Shown here: positions 36,253 to 36,386 of the stretch, piece after piece
Layout of the letters: the number at the start of each line of letters is the position of its first letter
Position numbering within the stretch: the first letter of the stretch is position 1
NCBI GenBank assembly: GCA_965372795.1
Contig: CBDVDR010000026.1
Coordinates: 1 to 36,386, forward strand
Direction: 5' to 3'
DNA length: 36,386 nucleotides
Source of the DNA: an uncultured bacterium
Lineage (GTDB): Bacteria; Zixibacteria; MSB-5A5; GN15; FEB-12
The notes under the pieces: generated by a model
What the model was told of the DNA's origin: nothing
The model's database searches: none
What the model saw: the letters and a program-made list of their open reading frames with translations, nothing else
Program-made: the position numbers and the translations under genes

Positions 36253-36386
36253 GTTAGAAAATCTGCGAAGCGAAAGCCACATCGTGGCGAAGCGAGTTTA
36301 GATTTTCTTATCCCTGAGCGAAGCGAACGGGGTTAGAAAATCTGCGAAGCGAAAGCCACATCGTGGCGAAGCGAGTTTAGATTTTC
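36253..36386 (+). repeat. Tandem 79-bp GCGAAGC-rich repeat, running off the window end
   Basis: Unit 36253-36331; second unit from 36332 is identical as far as visible. Confidence 0.92.

Noticed and set aside
36253..36386. CRISPR array
   Set aside because: 79-bp units abut directly with no unique spacers, and no cas genes are present.

Overview
AT-rich bacterial chromosome segment. The Ser/Thr kinase N-terminus and the NYPNPFNP...KKMILLK secretion tail suggest an FCB-related lineage such as Zixibacteria (inference only). 1-5.5 kb is housekeeping: DUF2953/ytfJ, yajC-def-fmt-rng and a CYTH protein. 5.5-18 kb holds a frameshifted AbfD/HpaB-like gene, a DOMON-like lipoprotein, a GAF-GAF-PP2C phosphatase, an MCP with cheW, an FkbM methyltransferase and a secreted S8-PKD peptidase. 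From about 18.7 kb the window is an accessory mosaic: a His-rich RGPP leader gene upstream of a HupE/UreJ metal cluster, a kinase-hydrolase fusion, a cysteine synthase fragment, a merA-less merR-merC operon, ric with a signal-peptide truncated globin, a nuclease, a hydrolase, an opine dehydrogenase and an ATP-grasp gene. The most unusual signal is non-coding, at 30.6-36.4 kb. There, cargo genes are separated by three broken 3' halves of initiator tRNA carrying a shared 16-nt hairpin insert, a 79-bp GCGAAGC-rich structured repeat, recurrent IHF-like boxes and a tmRNA-like 3' fragment. No integrase or transposase is present in the window. All calls were made by eye, without database searches.
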